Positions 1 to 8,620 of a stretch of 28,484 bases of DNA are shown in pieces. Within the stretch, counting starts at the first letter, position 1. Every line of letters starts with the position of its first letter. The notes beneath the pieces are model-generated. The model saw only the letters and a program-made list of their open reading frames with translations, was not told the DNA's origin and made no database searches. Origin of the DNA: a virus (Duplodnaviria > Caudoviricetes); the IMG/VR virus record IMGVR_UViG_3300020043_000805, positions 1 to 28,484 of that record. One strand, given 5' to 3'. Both the position numbers and the translations under genes were made by a program.

Positions 1-1636
1 CGTCTAAATCTATCTTCTTATCCGGCGTTACTGGGGCACTCTTTTTAGATCTAGTGACTCCGTTTTCTTTATACATCGTACCTTGTGTAGGTGACGCACT
101 TGGTGTTTGAGCAGTAGCAGTTTGTGGTGGAGTCTGTGGAGTGGTTGCACCGCCTGTCCACGCATCGGGTTGAGTGTTATCTTGAGTACCAGACACCTTA
201 CTGTTAATAGCTGAGCCTATGTTTTTAGCCCAATCAGGTAAACTTGGTACTGCCATTAAATCTTTTGCTACTTCAGGCATATCACCTTGCATAGTGCTAC
301 TTGGGGTTTGCCCAGACAAAGCTTGAGCTAACAGCGCGTTAGACCCACCTGTAAATTTATTTGCCATAGCAAGGTCACCAATAGGCGACAAAGCACCCGC
401 TATTTTAGCGATTGGGCGACCAACAGCACTAGCTGCTTCACCTAAACTACCTAACCCTTGTTTTGCTTTAGCCGCCATTTCCTCAAATGTCGTCGCACCA
501 GGAGCCATAGGGTCACCTAGTTTAATATCGTTAGCTTTATCAGCCGCCGCCATTCGTGATGCCATCGTATCTATACGTGGTGGACTTTGAGCTGCCGCTG
601 ACATACCTTCAGTCATAGATGGAGATGGTGCTGTTTTTGGTTGAACACTAGCTCGGTGCATAGCATTTAGTCTATCGGCTTCACTCATCTTAGCCCACAT
701 TGTATCTAATGGGTTTTGTTTAGCGGCAGCGGACATTTGCTCAGTCATAGAAGGTGGAACATTTGGTATTACGTTTCTATTAGTGACATCGCCCAACTGC
801 ATTTGGCGACCCATATCAGTAGCTTTTAGCTTAGCTGCATTCTGGGCTTCTTGTTCCATTAAACGCTTAACCATCGGGTGAGTGTCACGTTCTAGTTGTG
901 ATAGCACACCTCTATTAGCTGCATCGCCTAAGTGCATTTTCCGCACCATTTCAGTGGCTCTTAACCTAGCCGCATTTTCGGCGTCTTGTGCTTCTAGTAG
1001 TCTCGGGTCAAGTCCACTGCTATTAAGATTAGGGTCATAGCCAAATAAAGATCCACCCTCTACAAAACCACGAACATCACCGCCTTCAGCGAAGCCTCGA
1101 CTAAGGAACTTTCCAGACGCCATATCTCCAAGGTTGCTCATAAAGTTTTCGGTGGTAGGTGCTTTAAAGATAGAATTGTCTATCATAGACTGAAGCAGCC
1201 CATGTTTCTTTTCTTGGGCGTTAGGGTCTTGTGAGTTAGGCGGCATATAGTTAGGCATACGCGCTGAGGTAGCTGGCTGTTGGTTTGGCACCATAATGCC
1301 TGCGTAAGTTCCAGTGCCTGGTTGTGTTAGACCGCCACTCGCATAGCCTTGAGCCGCAAAGTTAGCAGGTATCTGACCTGAACCAATAAGCTGAGCAAGC
1401 ATCTGGGATTTATATAAGTCAGCGTTTTGCGCTTCACTTTCCTGCTTCATTTGAGCATCGATAAGCTGTTGCTGAATGTTACCCGCTACTGTGCCTTGTG
1501 GTGCTTGACCTTGAGGCTGTCTCATTTTATTGCGTTCTAGCATTTCTGACTGCGCGACAAGTTTTGCCCAAGGGGAGTTATTAGGGCTTTGTTGAACCTG
1601 ATTTAGTTGTTGGTCTTGTAAATATTTAATGCTCAT
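1..1636 (-). CDS. Putative ejection/internal virion protein, 3'-partial (runs off left edge); missing from the ORF track
   Basis: ATG at 1636 preceded by AGGGG SD. Translated by hand: MSIKYLQDQQLNQVQQSPNNSPWAKLVAQSEML...GYASGG...RGFAEGGDVRGFVEGG...VTPDKKIDLD, same frame at both ends and at internal checkpoints. Q/A/P/M-rich, directly downstream of another ejection-type gene. Confidence 0.75.
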   Translation of the reverse strand, partial: MSIKYLQDQQLNQVQQSPNNSPWAKLVAQSEMLERNKMRQPQGQAPQGTVAGNIQQQLIDAQMKQESEAQNADLYKSQMLAQLIGSGQIPANFAAQGYASGGLTQPGTGTYAGIMVPNQQPATSARMPNYMPPNSQDPNAQEKKHGLLQSMIDNSIFKAPTTENFMSNLGDMASGKFLSRGFAEGGDVRGFVEGGSLFGYDPNLNSSGLDPRLLEAQDAENAARLRATEMVRKMHLGDAANRGVLSQLERDTHPMVKRLMEQEAQNAAKLKATDMGRQMQLGDVTNRNVIPNVPPSMTEQMSAAAKQNPLDTMWAKMSEADRLNAMHRASVQPKTAPSPSMTEGMSAAAQSPPRIDTMASRMAAADKANDIKLGDPMAPGATTFEEMAAKAKQGLGSLGEAASAVGRPIAKIAGALSPIGDLAMANKFTGGSNALLAQALSGQTPSSTMQGDMPEVAKDLMAVPSLPDWAKNIGSAINSKVSGTQDNTQPDAWTGGATTPQTPPQTATAQTPSASPTQGTMYKENGVTRSKKSAPVTPDKKIDLD

Positions 1637-1649
1637 TTATGTTATCCCC

Positions 1650-3926
1650 TTATTTTGTTTGTACTACTGTACTAGCGTTGCTATTTTTTATCCCAGCGTT
1701 TTCAGATATAGCTTGCCCTTTAGTTAAGTCTAGCATATCCATTTCTTTTGATTTAGCTATCGCTGCTTCTAGTAGCGCCTGCCCTGCGGCTCTTTCGCTA
1801 GCATCAGTGCTGTTGAGTAGGTTAGTTGCAAGCTGTACATTATTGTTATATGCAGTATCAATAGCCGCTAAACCTTGTGCTCCTGTAAGCCCTGTAGTAT
1901 AAGCATTTATTGAAGCGTTAAGCGCAGCTAACCCATTTTGAACATTATTCTGCGTGGCAGTTGTAGACATCTGAGCTGCTTGTTGCGCCGCTTGTTCTTT
2001 TGCAATAGAGGCTTGTAGTGCGTTAGCCGCGTTAGCGGTACTTGCCGTGAGACCCATCTGACCTGCTTGTTGTTTCGCTTGTTCGTTAGCGATAGCCGCG
2101 TTAAGCGCGTTAGTCGCGTTAGTAGAGCCTGCAGTAATAGCTTGTTGTCCAGCCGATTGTTTCGCTTGTTCCTGTGCAATAGCCGCGTTAAGTTGATTAG
2201 CTGCGTTAGCGGTGCTCGCTGTAAGACCCATCTGACCTGCTTGTTGTTTTGCTTGCTCGCCTGCGATAGAGGCTTGTAGTGCGTTAGCTGCGTTAGCGGT
2301 GCTCGCTGTAAGACCCATCTGACCTGCTTGTTGTTTCGCTTGCTCGCTTGCAATAGAGGCTTGTAGCGCATTAGCCGCATTAGCTGTCGCCGCTGAAATA
2401 CCCATTTGACCTTCTTGTTGTCTTGCTTGCTCCTCCGCGATAGCTGCTTGTAGAGCATTAGCCGCATTAGCTTGGCTTGCCGATAAGTTTCCAGCCGCCG
2501 CCGCTTGTTTTGCTTGCTGAACAGCTTGGTAAGCATTTATGGTGTTAGAGGCATTATTTTGCTCTGCTGTTAGTTTAAGCTGAGCTGCTGTCTGTTTTGC
2601 TTGTTCTAGGGCTTTAAAGTTTTCCATAGAGTTATTTTCGTTGAACTGCTGTACTGCTACGTCCACCGCTCTATCTGCATTAAACTGAGCAACAGCCGCA
2701 TTATAGGCTTCTTGCTGTCCTTTAGTGGTTATATCACTGAGGAGCTGGTTGTAATTTCTCTCTCCCTCTGCTTCAACAACCCCTTGACGATAGCCACCAA
2801 ATGCACCTGATTGCGTCGCCGCTGTGTTTTCTTTTAGTCTTTCTATCCCTCGTTGACGCTCCGCTTCACGCAAAGCAATATCGACTACACCTTTAGTGTA
2901 TGGACTCATGTACTGGTCCATCGCCGCTTGGTTCCATTTATCGGCTGTTACGTCTTTAATAGTGTGTGTGCCAGCCGTATAGTCGCTAGTCACAGCGGTA
3001 TTAATTTTATCCATCTGGTCTGGCGTGTAGCTGTACGACACTGTTCCAGGTGTGATGGTTCCCGCCTTGTAGTTACTCGCTATCGCCGTTCCAGGCGATA
3101 TTGTCCCAGCCGTATAACCACTTGATACTGTTCCAGGCGATATTGTTCCAGCCGTATAGCCACTTGATATTGAAGATGGCGCCGCGATGGTTCCCGCAGT
3201 GTACGCACCTGTCACTTTATCTGGAGCTGTGATGGTTCCGCCAGTATAAGGGCTAGTTATTGTTGTTGCACCTATTGTTCCTGGTGTAGTGTAGGTGTTA
3301 GATACTTGATTTGGTTGAACGCCTGTCAGACCAAATAGACCACCAAGATTGGCATTAGTTATCATCTGAGCAAATAAATTAGGATTACCTGCATTACCTG
3401 ATGAGACTTTAGCTGTGTAATCTCCACCGGATACCGTGTCGTTACCTGAAGCACCAACGAGCGTGTCTTTAGTCAGACCACCAGCGAGCGTGTCTTTTAG
3501 TGGGGTAATTCCAGCATTATTGGTACCTACTGCTGGAGGATTAGCATTTAAGTACCCCTGCATAGCAGCCGTATCCGTGTAATCTCCTTGATACCCTGCA
3601 TTAACCGCTTGGTTCTCTAACTGCTGCTGACTAAGAGGTGTGTAGGTGTTATCCACTGGTTGAGCAGTAGTGCCTCCCCCGTCTTCAAATCGCCGCACAC
3701 TGGTTATTCCTCCCTCGGCAAACCTATTGGAGAGCTTATGTGCCATGTCCTGAGCTTTATACCAGTCCGCTGTTCTACCAGCAACGAGAGGGCCTTTATA
3801 TGTCGGTCCATTATAGCTATTTGCCCATTTGTCAAAGTAACCCATCGACTTTTTTAGAGCCGCCTGACGGGTTGGGTCGAGCATTGTGGTCTGCGTAGTG
3901 CTTGATGGAACTGATGAACCGCCCAT
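1650..3926 (-). CDS. Ejection (DNA-transfer/pilot) protein, P22 gp7-like by position and motif
   Basis: Start moved from 3968 to ATG 3926 (GAGGA SD 7 nt upstream; removes overlap with the preceding gene). N-term MGGSSVPSSTTQTT, core YMSPYTKGVVD...SGAFGGYRQGVVEAE, long A/Q/N helical repeats; follows the GNAT-like gene. Confidence 0.7.
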   Translation of the reverse strand: MGGSSVPSSTTQTTMLDPTRQAALKKSMGYFDKWANSYNGPTYKGPLVAGRTADWYKAQDMAHKLSNRFAEGGITSVRRFEDGGGTTAQPVDNTYTPLSQQQLENQAVNAGYQGDYTDTAAMQGYLNANPPAVGTNNAGITPLKDTLAGGLTKDTLVGASGNDTVSGGDYTAKVSSGNAGNPNLFAQMITNANLGGLFGLTGVQPNQVSNTYTTPGTIGATTITSPYTGGTITAPDKVTGAYTAGTIAAPSSISSGYTAGTISPGTVSSGYTAGTISPGTAIASNYKAGTITPGTVSYSYTPDQMDKINTAVTSDYTAGTHTIKDVTADKWNQAAMDQYMSPYTKGVVDIALREAERQRGIERLKENTAATQSGAFGGYRQGVVEAEGERNYNQLLSDITTKGQQEAYNAAVAQFNADRAVDVAVQQFNENNSMENFKALEQAKQTAAQLKLTAEQNNASNTINAYQAVQQAKQAAAAGNLSASQANAANALQAAIAEEQARQQEGQMGISAATANAANALQASIASEQAKQQAGQMGLTASTANAANALQASIAGEQAKQQAGQMGLTASTANAANQLNAAIAQEQAKQSAGQQAITAGSTNATNALNAAIANEQAKQQAGQMGLTASTANAANALQASIAKEQAAQQAAQMSTTATQNNVQNGLAALNASINAYTTGLTGAQGLAAIDTAYNNNVQLATNLLNSTDASERAAGQALLEAAIAKSKEMDMLDLTKGQAISENAGIKNSNASTVVQTK
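1944..2639 (-). repeat. 8 x 87-nt (29-aa) tandem coding repeat, consensus AANALQASIAxEQAKQQAGQMGLTASTAN
   Basis: First and last EQAxQ Glu codons at 2606 and 1997 differ by 609 = 7 x 87; near-identical DNA copies begin at 2201 and 2288. Confidence 0.95.
2937..3293 (-). repeat. 8 x 14-16-aa tandem coding repeat, consensus YTAGTIxPxxVxSx
   Basis: Units YTTPGTIGATTITSP / YTGGTITAPDKVTGA / YTAGTIAAPSSISSG / YTAGTISPGTVSSG / YTAGTISPGTAIASN / YKAGTITPGTVSYS / YTPDQMDKINTAVTSD / YTAGTHTIKDVTADK; 42-nt DNA period at 3088 and 3130. Confidence 0.9.
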
Positions 3927-3928
3927 AA

Positions 3929-4330
3929 TTAAATCCTCTTTTCGTAAATGGTTTCGCCTTCTCTCCACCCAGGTATCTTGTTTATGGCTTTATGCCAACC
4001 TCTACGGGAGGAAGTAAATGATATTTTGCTTGCACCAAACTCTCTGGCTATGGTGTCAACGTCTTGGTGATACTTAACTAAAGCTTCACCTTCTAAACTA
4101 TAGGCAGCCCATACGAATAACGAAACTTCATGTGTCAACTCGTCTGTAAGCAGTTTGAATACGATAACCCCGTCTGGAGTCCTGTAGACTCTGGCTTGCC
4201 CTAATATAGCCGCCATGTAAACATCTTCAGGAATCCAACCTTTGGTATTCGTTTTATTTATGAGACATTCTAAAGCATTACGGATAAAATCCCAAGACTC
4301 TCTAATGTTTTCGCAGTAGATAAGTTGCAT
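3929..4330 (-). CDS. GNAT-fold acyltransferase-like virion assembly protein (T7 gp13 / P22 gp14 positional analogue)
   Basis: 133 aa; C-half pattern LFVWAAY...IAREFGASKISFTSSRRGWHK resembles phage GNAT-like proteins; lies between ejection genes. Confidence 0.6.
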   Translation of the reverse strand: MQLIYCENIRESWDFIRNALECLINKTNTKGWIPEDVYMAAILGQARVYRTPDGVIVFKLLTDELTHEVSLFVWAAYSLEGEALVKYHQDVDTIAREFGASKISFTSSRRGWHKAINKIPGWREGETIYEKRI

Positions 4331-4331
4331 A

Positions 4332-5951
4332 CTACACAGGCATTACAGATTGAGGTTCTACAGGGTTCGCTTGTTGTATGTGCCCATAAGCTTGTTGACG
4401 GACTCTATCAAGCATTTCATAAAGCACCTTTGCTCCAGCTTTGGTTGAACCAGACCCTAATGCAGATACCACATCAGCGGGGATTACAAACTCAGAATCA
4501 GCTAAACGTACAGGCTCTTGACCTTGCTCACCTTCAATCAAGCCAGCAATTCCATCACTTTGCCCTGTACCGGGGCCATGTAATAAGCCTTCGTCACCGC
4601 CGCCAATATCACCACCTTCAGCGTAGCCGTAACCAATAGCGCCACCATCAGCATACCCAATAACTTCATGGCGAATAGGTTGTGTGGATTGCAAAGGTTG
4701 AGCTTGTGGCATCATGCTCTGTGGGTAGAAATTGGACATGGACTGCTGGTTAATGTAGCCAGACGGAATAGCACCTAAACCCTGAACGTCACGAATTGTA
4801 CCGCCAGCGGCAAAGCTTTTTCTTTTATTAGCAATATCGGTTAGCCCTTTGGGTAATTCATTAGGCATAATCCCTGCTTTTCTATACTGTCCAACAATAT
4901 CCGCTGCTTGTTTTGCGCCAGCTTGTTCAGTTAAACCTTGTTGTTTATAGCTATCTTCAAGCCCCGCCATACCTAACTGTGCTGTGAGTAGACCCTGATG
5001 TTGCCCTGGATTCATTACGGTGTTTTTTAAGCCAGTAAAGCTTTGGCTCATAGCATCACCAAAAGATGGGTTTGGGTTAGCTAAGGTTGGGTTAGTGTAG
5101 GGTAGGCCTGTATGATTTGTGTCTAGGGCGTTATAAGACATAGACTCACCTGTGAGCGGGTCTTTTTCTACTGTCGGTATTTCACTTGCTTTAGCTAAAT
5201 CTGCGGGGGCGTTTGTAAAATTAACAGGAGCAGCGCCAGTAAGCTTACCTGCGTTAGCCATTATTTGATCGGACTTAGCTAAGTCTGCTGGAAGCCCTGA
5301 AAAACCTGCGCCATCAACTGGAGGTACGGTTGAGGTAGCAAAGTCAGGTGTTATCAATTTAGATGCGTCACCTAGCAGGTTAGTTTGTGTTGCCGTTGGC
5401 GCTAGATTTCCTAAACCCTGAGTAGCACTATCCGTTAGCCCTGGAGTAATAGCGTCTTTGGCTACGTTGCTTATATTTTGCGCCGCTACATTACCTGTAC
5501 CTTCTGCCACTGCTGCATTACCTGCACCCGCAGCTCCACCTAGACCACCAAGCGCACCAGACCCAGCACCAAACGCTGCTGCCATGCCAATATCTTGGTC
5601 ACCTTTAATAGCCGCTTTACCTGCATTAAGACCTGCACCTGTGGCGGCACCAGCAAGAGCGCCAATACCCATAGCACCAGCACCACCAGCCGTTACACCC
5701 AAAAGAGCAGGAGCGGCAGCGGCAGCCGCGCCGCCTGTAAGAGCGGCAGCTATACCAATACCAAGACCTGCTAGGATGTCAGTTAAGTCCATCGCTTCGG
5801 TCATACCTGTTACTGGGTTTTTTGAGAGAGGGCGCTTGTTGACTAGATGGTTAAGAGCATTAAGTCCAGCCACCTCTGCTTGATTCATGTGGACAAGCGT
5901 GTCATCGCCTCCACGACCATATTGTGCTAATTTATTGGCTACGCTGTGCAT
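4332..5951 (-). CDS. Putative ejection/internal virion protein with Gly/Ala-rich hydrophobic segment
   Basis: Start moved to ATG 5951 (AGGAG SD). N-term LAQYGRGGDDTLVHM...NPVTGMTEA, glycine-zipper-like ILAGLGIGIAAALTGGAAAAA, C-term YAEGG...GPGTGQSDGI...VRLADSEFVIPADVVSALG. Confidence 0.65.
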   Translation of the reverse strand: MHSVANKLAQYGRGGDDTLVHMNQAEVAGLNALNHLVNKRPLSKNPVTGMTEAMDLTDILAGLGIGIAAALTGGAAAAAAPALLGVTAGGAGAMGIGALAGAATGAGLNAGKAAIKGDQDIGMAAAFGAGSGALGGLGGAAGAGNAAVAEGTGNVAAQNISNVAKDAITPGLTDSATQGLGNLAPTATQTNLLGDASKLITPDFATSTVPPVDGAGFSGLPADLAKSDQIMANAGKLTGAAPVNFTNAPADLAKASEIPTVEKDPLTGESMSYNALDTNHTGLPYTNPTLANPNPSFGDAMSQSFTGLKNTVMNPGQHQGLLTAQLGMAGLEDSYKQQGLTEQAGAKQAADIVGQYRKAGIMPNELPKGLTDIANKRKSFAAGGTIRDVQGLGAIPSGYINQQSMSNFYPQSMMPQAQPLQSTQPIRHEVIGYADGGAIGYGYAEGGDIGGGDEGLLHGPGTGQSDGIAGLIEGEQGQEPVRLADSEFVIPADVVSALGSGSTKAGAKVLYEMLDRVRQQAYGHIQQANPVEPQSVMPV

Positions 5952-5959
5952 GACTGCTC

Positions 5960-6187
5960 CTATACTATTTTTACTGTACCACTGTCGTTCCACAAAGACC
6001 CTGATGCGAGTCCCGCGCTACTGGTGGGTAAATCGGTTAATGTGATGGTTGTAGCCCGCATGGGGCCTGGGTTCTGTAGAGCAGTGAAATAAAAGTTAAG
6101 GATACGCACCACTTGATTCGCCCAGTTTTGGTCATATTGTACTGGAGGCACGGGTAAAATGGGTACTTGTATATTATTTGAAGCCAT
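5960..6187 (-). CDS. Small conserved virion protein downstream of the nozzle gene
   Basis: 75 aa, LPVPPVQYDQNWANQVVRILNFYF...SGSLWNDSGTVKIV; tightly packed between neighbours on the coding strand. Confidence 0.7.
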   Translation of the reverse strand: MASNNIQVPILPVPPVQYDQNWANQVVRILNFYFTALQNPGPMRATTITLTDLPTSSAGLASGSLWNDSGTVKIV

Positions 6188-6190
6188 AGG

Positions 6191-8062
6191 TCATCTTTTG
6201 CCATCAGGAGTTAATTCAAGTCGCGGTATGCCAAGTGACCACTGCGTACCTGTAGATTCGCTTTCAATTCTAAACGCTATTTGACGCCCACGTAGTCGTA
6301 ACCATTTTTGTTGTGTGAACTCTTCAATAGGCACCGCTGTTGTCCGCGTAATAGGTTCGTCAGTTTCTTGGTTATACGGACCGCCCGGAAAGTCTTTAGC
6401 GTACAGTTTCATTGTAACAGCAGGGGTTGTATCTGTAGACCCTGAGAACGTAATATCAGGAATAAGTCGTTTAACAAATGTAAAATGATCTCCATCATCG
6501 AGATCAAAATCCGCTGACTGAATAAAGGCGGCTATAGGCAATTCTGTCCCTGTCGCATTATCCGCTAGTCCGTTCTCTTGATAGATTAGATTTCCGTCTA
6601 TTGCAGCAATAGGGTAAGACCTTTGTGGGCAGTCAATCCAGGCTGTTCTGTCTATAGTTCCGTAGTACCAAATACGTTCTTGGTAGTTGTAAACCACATA
6701 TTTATCGGGGGATACGGCATTAGCGGAGCAGTAGAACCACCAGATTTCACTAAATTCACCAACAGACCCAACAAACGTCTGTGTTTCTTGAGCAAAGTTA
6801 AAGTCGTCAAATATGTACTGGCGAAGTGAGCAAGGTAGGGTTTCAACTGTACCGTTGTAGGTAAAGAACTTTTTATGCCCCATCCAATAGGTGATGTTGT
6901 TTACCGATATGGCTGCAAAAGGCGATGCTATTGTGATGTTAGTTGAGCGTGGTTGAAAATTAAAGGTGAAAGGTGTCCCAACGTACTGTGCTCCATACAG
7001 TGCACTATCGGTAAAGATAAGTGTTTCTTGACGTGTTTTTATTGCTGTGACAATGGAGTCGCCATAAGTTAACCTATACCCACCAGCCGAAGTAGTTATG
7101 CTTGGTGTCCAAAGTGCGGGGTTGTTTTGATCTGCCCAACGTACAAGCATAGGCGTTTTTGTTGTCTCACCTATTGCATTGCATCCAAGTGCCATTACGT
7201 GGTTTTCATCTGTGACAATAATGCCAGTAACAACTGTGGGGCAGTCCGCAGCGCTGGGAAGGGAGCTAAGTTTAACTGCTTCAGTGTTAGGTATGCCATA
7301 GGCGTCAACACTTGTAGATGTTGCCCAATAATAAATTTCACCGTTTGATGGAGCAAGTATTAGTTGTTGTCCGTATGTGTCTTGTGTCCAATACCCAAGT
7401 TGTTGAGGAATACCGCCAGATGTAGCCGCACTACCCCAAGGACCTCTGCCCCAAGTACCAGCACCCCAACCAAGACCCACTACGTTAATAGGCAATCCCG
7501 CAGAAGCTTCAAATTTTAATACAATAACTGACCCACCATCTGAAGCTGTTGTTGTAGCAGGGGTTGTTACTTGAAATGTAAACGTGCTTGTATCTAATAC
7601 AGTTATTTGGTGAGTGGTGTTAATTTCCGCTGCGGGTACACCGCTAGTGGTCATCACTGCGCCAGAGATTAAAATATAGTCATTTGTAGACGCGCCGTGA
7701 TTAGCATAAGTTATGCTCACAGTCCTTTGCCCTGAAGTTAAACTTAGGGGGTTAGCAGGGGTGAGAGGGGAAACGATAAGTCTATAGGGTGTGATGTTAT
7801 AAAGCGTCCCGCTAAACTCTATGAAGAAACGAATGTTTGTGCCTATGCCTGTATAGTTATTACCTACAATCGACGTCCAGTTTCTTAGTGACCGACATAC
7901 ATCTGTATAGCTATTAAAGTTAAATTTTTGCCACCCACCAATATTTTGGGGAAACCCTGAGCGAAATCTTACCTTATTGCAGGCGTACCAACCACCCTCG
8001 TTGGCATAATTAGTCCCTTCACGAGATACCCCAGGGCGAAAAGTTATCGATTTAAGTGGCAT
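6191..8062 (-). CDS. Tail nozzle / packaged-DNA stabilisation protein (P22 gp10 / T7 gp12-like beta-propeller) with a small FCCH-like inserted domain
   Basis: 623 aa; MPLKSITFRPGV...GGWYACNKVRFRSGFPQNIGGW, LVRWADQ, EIWWFYCS...KYVVYNYQERIWYYG, C-term LRLRGRQIAFRIES...PDGKR; AAGGTG SD; upstream of the ejection genes. Confidence 0.75.
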   Translation of the reverse strand: MPLKSITFRPGVSREGTNYANEGGWYACNKVRFRSGFPQNIGGWQKFNFNSYTDVCRSLRNWTSIVGNNYTGIGTNIRFFIEFSGTLYNITPYRLIVSPLTPANPLSLTSGQRTVSITYANHGASTNDYILISGAVMTTSGVPAAEINTTHQITVLDTSTFTFQVTTPATTTASDGGSVIVLKFEASAGLPINVVGLGWGAGTWGRGPWGSAATSGGIPQQLGYWTQDTYGQQLILAPSNGEIYYWATSTSVDAYGIPNTEAVKLSSLPSAADCPTVVTGIIVTDENHVMALGCNAIGETTKTPMLVRWADQNNPALWTPSITTSAGGYRLTYGDSIVTAIKTRQETLIFTDSALYGAQYVGTPFTFNFQPRSTNITIASPFAAISVNNITYWMGHKKFFTYNGTVETLPCSLRQYIFDDFNFAQETQTFVGSVGEFSEIWWFYCSANAVSPDKYVVYNYQERIWYYGTIDRTAWIDCPQRSYPIAAIDGNLIYQENGLADNATGTELPIAAFIQSADFDLDDGDHFTFVKRLIPDITFSGSTDTTPAVTMKLYAKDFPGGPYNQETDEPITRTTAVPIEEFTQQKWLRLRGRQIAFRIESESTGTQWSLGIPRLELTPDGKR

Positions 8063-8075
8063 AGTTCACCTTTAT

Positions 8076-8429
8076 TTATCCGTTCCAACGTGCAATTTTA
8101 CCATCACGAACATCAATATGCGTAAAAGAATTGTAGCGTCCAAGTCCTTTGCACTCTAAGTTAAAATGCTTCATTAGGTATTCTTGCACGTCATTAGGCT
8201 CAACCCCTTTTACTTGAATATCGGCTGCATTACCTAGAACGTGTTGGCTGTTCTTTGCACCGCCTACTTTAGTGTTATGTGCTTTACAACGCCTACCACT
8301 CATAATGGTAATCGGTTTACCAAATGATTTTCGAATACGGTCTAGCAAGTCAACGAGTTTTGGGTTTACGTCCTTCTCTCCGCACCCGCAGTGACACTCA
8401 AATTCTTCTGGCTTAAAGTATTCGCTCAT
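8076..8429 (-). CDS. Endolysin, peptidase M15A family (Zn D-Ala-D-Ala carboxypeptidase fold)
   Basis: Start moved to ATG 8429 (MSEYFKPEEFECHCGCG). Motifs SGRRCKAHNTKVGGAKNSQHVLGNAADI (SxHxxGxAxD) and FTHIDVR (HxD). Confidence 0.92.
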   Translation of the reverse strand: MSEYFKPEEFECHCGCGEKDVNPKLVDLLDRIRKSFGKPITIMSGRRCKAHNTKVGGAKNSQHVLGNAADIQVKGVEPNDVQEYLMKHFNLECKGLGRYNSFTHIDVRDGKIARWNG

Positions 8430-8430
8430 A

Positions 8431-8619
8431 CTAGCTACCTTCTGATACAAATAACCCAATCATACCAAAAACAACACCAGCCGCAGTTAAGCCATCGTGA
8501 ATAGGACCAGCTTCGATATTCATACCTGCCATCGTTGCTAAGGCTGCCACACTCGCGTGTGTAGACGGCTCTTTTAGTCGAGCCGTTAAGTAGTTCCATG
8601 CTTTAAGTAATTTACCCAT
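8431..8619 (-). CDS. Putative holin
   Basis: 62 aa, basic N-term, RLKEPSTHAS motif, two hydrophobic stretches, immediately upstream of the endolysin. Confidence 0.65.
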   Translation of the reverse strand: MGKLLKAWNYLTARLKEPSTHASVAALATMAGMNIEAGPIHDGLTAAGVVFGMIGLFVSEGS

Positions 8620-8620
8620 T

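Noticed and set aside
1928-2536. 202-aa Arg/Leu-rich alternative-frame ORF inside the ejection gene
   Set aside because: It coincides with the 87-nt repeat array; one stop-free unit repeated explains the open frame.
1944-3293. Possible CRISPR array suggested by regularly spaced DNA repeats
   Set aside because: Periods are multiples of 3, in frame, degenerate at third positions and lack unique spacers; these are coding repeats.
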